Below, piece by piece: positions 26,062-30,114 of a stretch of 30,114 nt of DNA (positions within the stretch are counted from its first letter, which is position 1; each line of letters opens with the position of its first letter). The DNA is from a virus (lineage: Duplodnaviria; Caudoviricetes). The DNA is taken from the IMG/VR virus record IMGVR_UViG_3300044448_005072, positions 1 to 30,114 of that record; one strand, given 5' to 3'. The notes under the pieces are model-generated. The model searched no databases. It saw only the letters and a program-made list of their open reading frames with translations, and was not told the DNA's origin. The translations under genes and the position numbers were made by a program.

Positions 26062-26886
26062 TTATTTTTTTTCTTTGGCTTCTTTGTCTTTAACGGCTTT
26101 TTTCATTGGTTCTTTTTTATTACCGTCTTTGTCCATGTCTAAGAAGTCTGGTTTTGCTTTTGCTTCAGCAATTTTTGCCGCTTCTTGGTATTCTTTTTTA
26201 AAGCCTTCGTATTGTGCTCTTAATGAGTTTGCTAATTCTTCTTCAGTTACTTTATCTTCAACTGCAAGTGGGTTATCACCTGGGTATTCTTTTTTGTATT
26301 GATTTTTTTGTCTGTTAGCACCGCCTGAATGAACATTTACTAAAGTGTCTACGTCTTGAGTCTTTTCAGTTGGTGTATTTGCAAACGTTTCTTCTGCTTT
26401 TTCTTCGTCAGGAGCAGTAACAACATCTCTCATTTTAGCCATGTCCATAGAACCCATTGCATCGTCTTGATCCATTTCTGGTTCCGCGTGTGGCTCTTCT
26501 GCACCAATCATTTTTGCATCAACTGGTTGCACACCTGCTAATTTTAAAATCTGCATCATCATTCCTGCTTCTTGTGGAGTGTCTGCAGATATTTGAATAT
26601 CTTCTTTTACTGTTTCTTTCTTCATCATTTTGCCCTCTCCTGCAATACTGTCTTCGTCGTCGTCCGAACCATTAATTGCATTATAAAAACCTCTTAGGCT
26701 TTCACCGTGTTTCTTTAAAAATTCTTCTCTTGAAAGTCTTTCCGCTTCATCATGTAAGTAGTCTTTCATTCTTCCTTCATCAACTTTAGGATTTGTTCTC
26801 TCTACATTGTCCACAGCGTCCTTAACTAACTCTGGTTTAGTCTCTGCAATTTCTTGTAACCTTTTTAATACGTCGATCATTTCCAT
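26062..26886 (-). CDS. Acidic, low-complexity probable internal head or scaffold-type protein with a DxDxDG motif
   Basis: LQEIAE, VDE, VKE and IAE sites; QILKLAGV; C-terminal KPDFLDMDKDGNKKEPMKKA. Confidence 0.55.
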   Translation of the reverse strand: MEMIDVLKRLQEIAETKPELVKDAVDNVERTNPKVDEGRMKDYLHDEAERLSREEFLKKHGESLRGFYNAINGSDDDEDSIAGEGKMMKKETVKEDIQISADTPQEAGMMMQILKLAGVQPVDAKMIGAEEPHAEPEMDQDDAMGSMDMAKMRDVVTAPDEEKAEETFANTPTEKTQDVDTLVNVHSGGANRQKNQYKKEYPGDNPLAVEDKVTEEELANSLRAQYEGFKKEYQEAAKIAEAKAKPDFLDMDKDGNKKEPMKKAVKDKEAKEKK

Positions 26887-26888
26887 AA

Positions 26889-27518
26889 TTATTTTGCTCC
26901 TGCTGGGTGTGGGTTTCCTTTTATTGGACCATCATGTCCTTTAACTGGTGAAGGACTTCCTTTTTCTTCTTTACTCTGTGCTTCTTGAGTTTTGTTGTCA
27001 GATCCTTTTTCGATCTCGTATCTAACTTCTCTTTTGTCTTTGTCTTTTAATAATTCTTTTAACAAACTCATGTTTGCTTGTGTAGAATGAAAATCTTCTG
27101 CGTTTACTTTTGGTGAATCTTTCATTTCAATATCTAATAACTTATTTTGATATTCTGAATTTTTTGCAACTTGCATCTGATCTTGGTATTCTTCTGTTGG
27201 CTCATTTGGCTTTCTAACAACGATATGTGTTTGTGGCAAGTTCATGTACGTGCCTAAGTATTCTTTCATTTCTCTTGATGTCACTGGATAGTTTGTTGTC
27301 ACATCATAGATTGTAACTTCTTCATTGCTTAACTGTGGGAAATCTAAAGGTTGAGTCATAATAGGTGTTTTCTTACCTGCTGACATTTTTGCTACTTCAA
27401 ACTTTTGTAAAGCAGTTTCCATTTTGTTCGCGAAATCATCTGCAACTGGTCCTGCGACCTTTATTTTGTAGTCATACGACTTTGATGATTCCGTTAGATA
27501 CTGTGCGAATGTGCTCAT
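26889..27518 (-). CDS. Probable capsid-targeted internal head protein
   Basis: ATG 27518 (6 nt after TAAATA) gives N-terminus MSTFAQYLTE-S, resembling the T4 internal-protein capsid targeting sequence. Confidence 0.55.
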   Translation of the reverse strand: MSTFAQYLTESSKSYDYKIKVAGPVADDFANKMETALQKFEVAKMSAGKKTPIMTQPLDFPQLSNEEVTIYDVTTNYPVTSREMKEYLGTYMNLPQTHIVVRKPNEPTEEYQDQMQVAKNSEYQNKLLDIEMKDSPKVNAEDFHSTQANMSLLKELLKDKDKREVRYEIEKGSDNKTQEAQSKEEKGSPSPVKGHDGPIKGNPHPAGAK

Positions 27519-27524
27519 ATGCAA

Positions 27525-27530
27525 TATTTA
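27525..27530 (-). promoter_or_regulatory. TAAATA 6 nt before ATG 27518; includes the upstream stop codon
   Basis: TAAATA-ttgcat-ATG. Confidence 0.65.
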
Positions 27531-28049
27531 GTCTTTTTTAAGTAGTTTCTTCATTAATTCGTTACGATCAGATATTACAAAACCCTCAGATTCCTGCACT
27601 GCAGGGCCGTCTTTATTGCCCTGATCTAACTTCTGCTTTTTAAGTTGTAATTCAATCATTTTGAGCTTTTTATCTATCTTGCCGCTTTTAGCATCTATGG
27701 CATTTCTTAGGAAATTACTTGCAACCTCAAATATACGTCCTGAATAACGTGAGTCTACGTTCATACCCAAGTCCATTAGATTCTTGTAACTCTCTTCTGA
27801 TTCGATTGCTAGTTTGTCTAACTCTAAATCTGACAGTTCTCCAAGTCCTTTTACTTGTGGTAAAGCGGCCGCAACCTTATCAAATTCTGCATAACTTTTC
27901 TCTAAATTTTTCCGTGTTTGCGGATCAACGTTTTTCATTACTTCTTTTGTTTGATCTTTGTTTGCTCGAGCCTGCTCTTTTTTGTCTACCTCTTTGAACG
28001 CTTCTTTTACGTTTGGTAAATTAAGAATATCTTCTAACTTTTTTGTCAT
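27528..28049 (-). CDS. Probable terminase small subunit (gp16-like)
   Basis: Helical. GRIFEVASNFLRNAIDAK and VISDRNELMKKL resemble the gp16 motifs PRAYEVAGQLIK and FVGSTxEL (recalled, not aligned). Size 173 aa, near gp17. Confidence 0.55.
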   Translation of the reverse strand: MTKKLEDILNLPNVKEAFKEVDKKEQARANKDQTKEVMKNVDPQTRKNLEKSYAEFDKVAAALPQVKGLGELSDLELDKLAIESEESYKNLMDLGMNVDSRYSGRIFEVASNFLRNAIDAKSGKIDKKLKMIELQLKKQKLDQGNKDGPAVQESEGFVISDRNELMKKLLKKD

Positions 28050-28054
28050 GCCTA

Positions 28055-28060
28055 TATTTA
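28055..28060 (-). promoter_or_regulatory. TAAATA 5 nt before ATG 28049; includes the upstream stop codon
   Basis: TAAATA-taggc-ATG. Confidence 0.65.
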
Positions 28061-28498
28061 CTTACGTTTTCCGTTGTGGAACAACTGTTCTTCTGATACT
28101 ACACGGAAACCAATTCTTCTTTGCTTGGCATATGCACCGGCGGCCGACCATTTTGCCTGGTTAATAATTACTTGTTTTCTTTTTCCCATGCTCCTGCCTG
28201 CCCTTTCCATAGTAGTTTGTGCCATTGGTTTTACTTCAATCATCTCTGCGTGTTTACGACCATTCTTGTCCATGTATATGATAAAGAAGTCTGGCACGTA
28301 CACTGTGTATTTGCCAGTAAAAGGATGCCTGTAAGGTATCTTAATTGATTCACTTGCCCATTGATAAACGTTTGGATGTTCGTCACACAGTCGCATAAAT
28401 GCTTGTTCCCAACTAGATCGATAGGTAGGTGTCTTTGTACCTACATATTTTTCTTTGTTCTTTGGTGAGAACTTACCTCTTGCAAATCTTGGTATCAT
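28058..28498 (-). CDS. gp4: Head completion nuclease (T4 gp4-like, TnsA-like PD-(D/E)xK fold)
   Basis: GKFSPKN.EKY.G, YRSSWE..FM..CD, WASE, Y.PDF, IEVKP..QT, NQAKW.AA. Confidence 0.9.
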   Translation of the reverse strand: MIPRFARGKFSPKNKEKYVGTKTPTYRSSWEQAFMRLCDEHPNVYQWASESIKIPYRHPFTGKYTVYVPDFFIIYMDKNGRKHAEMIEVKPMAQTTMERAGRSMGKRKQVIINQAKWSAAGAYAKQRRIGFRVVSEEQLFHNGKRK

Positions 28499-28875
28499 TA
28501 GTCTAGAATATTTCTAGATACTGTTTCTGTTGTGGTGAGTGTTTGTCTAACACCCAGCCTACTTGACTTGTATCTGTTGGCGTTTAGAATTATTGTTATG
28601 ATTTCTGATAGTTTTGCATTGTCTAGTTTGGCTAACTTATCTAGTATTTCCCTAGATGAGATGTTATCAATTTTGGCCTGTGACATTATTACATAGGCGA
28701 TTGATTCCGCTGATGCTCGTTTGAATCCCCTGTTAACAAAATATGCTATTGTGGCATCGTATTCACCAGCATTAAACTGATATGCTGTTTCATAATTAGA
28801 AGTTGTTAATTTTTCTATTGTCTTATCTAATTCTGTTTTGTCTTTAGGTGGTAAGTTTGTATAAAATTCTGCCAT
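28498..28875 (-). CDS. Hypothetical protein in the structural module, 125 aa
   Basis: TAATG-coupled on both sides. Confidence 0.7.
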   Translation of the reverse strand: MAEFYTNLPPKDKTELDKTIEKLTTSNYETAYQFNAGEYDATIAYFVNRGFKRASAESIAYVIMSQAKIDNISSREILDKLAKLDNAKLSEIITIILNANRYKSSRLGVRQTLTTTETVSRNILD

Positions 28876-30114
28876 TATAATCCTACTTTCTCAGTTACTA
28901 TTCTAACGTCATTTGTATCACGTACTATTTTTAAATAACCTTCGGTTACTTCTTTTCTAATGTCTGTGATGGCTTTGTTTCTGTACACTGTTTTAGTTGT
29001 ATCAGAACTGTTTGTATATTCAACATCTGATTCAGCAACAGTGAGACCTTTTCTTGATCCAATATCTTTGTAATAAATGCCGGATGCAATTTCGTCTTTT
29101 AGGGTTTCGTTGTTAGTGATCAAATTGTATGATTCGTCTGGTGTCAAGTAATTCGTATAGTCTTGGTTTGCATTGTTTAAAACTCTAGTGTTAGTGTTTT
29201 TTGTGCCTTTTGCTGAGGCTATAAGAACACCCGCACCAACAGCCGCTCCAACATTAAAGGCCCCAACAGGATTTGTAACTGTGCCGGCTTCTTTGGCTAC
29301 TTCCAATACACCTTTTTTTGCAATGCCTTTTAGTTCTTCTTTGACATCTTTCTTTCTTATTTTTTTTGCGTTATTATAAGTGTTTGATGCGGCAAGTATC
29401 GCACCTAAAATATTTCCTGACTGCACGTTTCTAATAACTGATCCAACTCCGTCCACAATTCCGCCCGGACCAAAAATACTGTTTGTACCACCACCTAACA
29501 CTGTTAAAGGACTTGGTTCTTTGTCGTAATTGATTGTTGCAAAACCAGGCACACTATTCCTGTTTATGATTCCAGATTTGTAAATTACTGTTTCATATAG
29601 TACCTGCATAGTATTAGCCATGATACCCGCACCGTCGGCCTGATCTAAATTGTCATGTGAAAAAGACCCTATCACTGGATTGACTAGTGTCATTGATGTA
29701 AATCTCTGTTTGTGTAATACAAAAATTTCAATACCTTTAAGATATGGTTTTCCACGTTCTCTTGGAGTGTCCATACCAAATTTGGTTGTCTTTCTTTTGT
29801 CTCCAAATAGATAGTAATCATCCTTTGTATTTGAAATAGTCAAGTCGTTGTTCATTCCTACAGAATCTGCTATGTGATATTCGTAATATTTCTTCCAGAA
29901 TGCGTTAACGGTATCGGCATGATCATCATGAAAAGTAATGTTTACAGGTTCGTAAGCAATTCTTGTTGCCGCATACATTTTTTTGTTGTATTGTGTTTTT
30001 TCTTCCATGCTCATGTTGTACCTTGGCAGGTCACAATTTTTCACCAACATATTCAGTTGATATCTTTCGTTAGCATTGAATCCATTATAGAACAAACCCT
30101 CGTCAGTGTTGAAT
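28875..30114 (-). CDS. Tail-tube-fold protein (gp19/gp54-like) with a long C-terminal extension; start lies beyond the window
   Basis: The frame is open to the window edge (FNTDEGLFYNG...). LVKNCDLP, QYNKK, YEPVNITFHDD and the Y-E beta-strand pattern are typical of tube or tube-initiator proteins. Gly-rich middle region. Confidence 0.55.
   Translation of the reverse strand, partial: FNTDEGLFYNGFNANERYQLNMLVKNCDLPRYNMSMEEKTQYNKKMYAATRIAYEPVNITFHDDHADTVNAFWKKYYEYHIADSVGMNNDLTISNTKDDYYLFGDKRKTTKFGMDTPRERGKPYLKGIEIFVLHKQRFTSMTLVNPVIGSFSHDNLDQADGAGIMANTMQVLYETVIYKSGIINRNSVPGFATINYDKEPSPLTVLGGGTNSIFGPGGIVDGVGSVIRNVQSGNILGAILAASNTYNNAKKIRKKDVKEELKGIAKKGVLEVAKEAGTVTNPVGAFNVGAAVGAGVLIASAKGTKNTNTRVLNNANQDYTNYLTPDESYNLITNNETLKDEIASGIYYKDIGSRKGLTVAESDVEYTNSSDTTKTVYRNKAITDIRKEVTEGYLKIVRDTNDVRIVTEKVGL

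Noticed and set aside
9374-27524. ORF-track starts at 9374, 17348, 19876 and 27524
   Set aside because: Downstream ATGs (9404, 17312, 19879, 27518) fit stop/start coupling or the TAAATA spacing better.
28058-28498. TnsA-like nuclease as a sign of a Tn7 transposon or homing endonuclease
   Set aside because: The motifs and context match T4 gp4 head completion protein; no tnsB/tnsC or terminal repeats are seen.
478-29379. Numerous 60-133 aa ORFs in the track that are antisense or out of frame within larger genes (e.g. 834..1049, 2806..3168, 6798..7148, 18752..18949, 22111..22512, 25317..25646)
   Set aside because: They overlap well-supported genes almost completely, mostly start at TTG/GTG, and have no recognisable motif or upstream promoter pattern. 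They are consistent with codon-bias shadows.
1-30114. tRNA, rRNA, CRISPR array or alternative genetic code
   Set aside because: Intergenic gaps are very short (largest about 145 bp, upstream of gp32) with no cloverleaf or repeat-spacer pattern seen by eye. Genes are full length under the standard code, and TAA, TGA and TAG all serve as stops.

Overview
Gene-dense, AT-rich fragment of a large, distantly T4-like myophage genome. The host cannot be determined from this window. Positions 1-16229 hold a ~16 kb glycan synthesis and decoration island of 19 tightly packed genes in three blocks (- 1-7615, + 7645-14522, - 14510-16229). It encodes GDP-mannose and dTDP-glucose 4,6-dehydratases, an NDP-sugar C-methyltransferase, two FkbM methyltransferases, an AsnB-family amidotransferase, an SGNH-like protein, a radical SAM/SPASM enzyme, a 2OG-Fe(II) oxygenase and about nine glycosyltransferase-like proteins. 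Positions 16226-19734 carry nucleotide and recombination genes (HAD nucleotidase, uvsY, uvsX, gp32). Positions 19879-30114 are a packaging/structural module (gp17, probable gp16, gp4, a tail-tube-like protein, acidic head-protein-like ORFs) interrupted by two more radical SAM genes. The clearest sequence-level pattern is that ten genes have TAAATA/TAATTA, the core of the T4 late promoter, 5-7 nt before an ATG with no Shine-Dalgarno, which implies leaderless late mRNAs. The glycan island shares this motif with the terminase and head genes, suggesting a late-expressed, possibly virion-directed glycosylation system. All product calls come from motif recognition by eye; no database searches were run. 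No tRNA, rRNA, CRISPR array or mobile element was seen.
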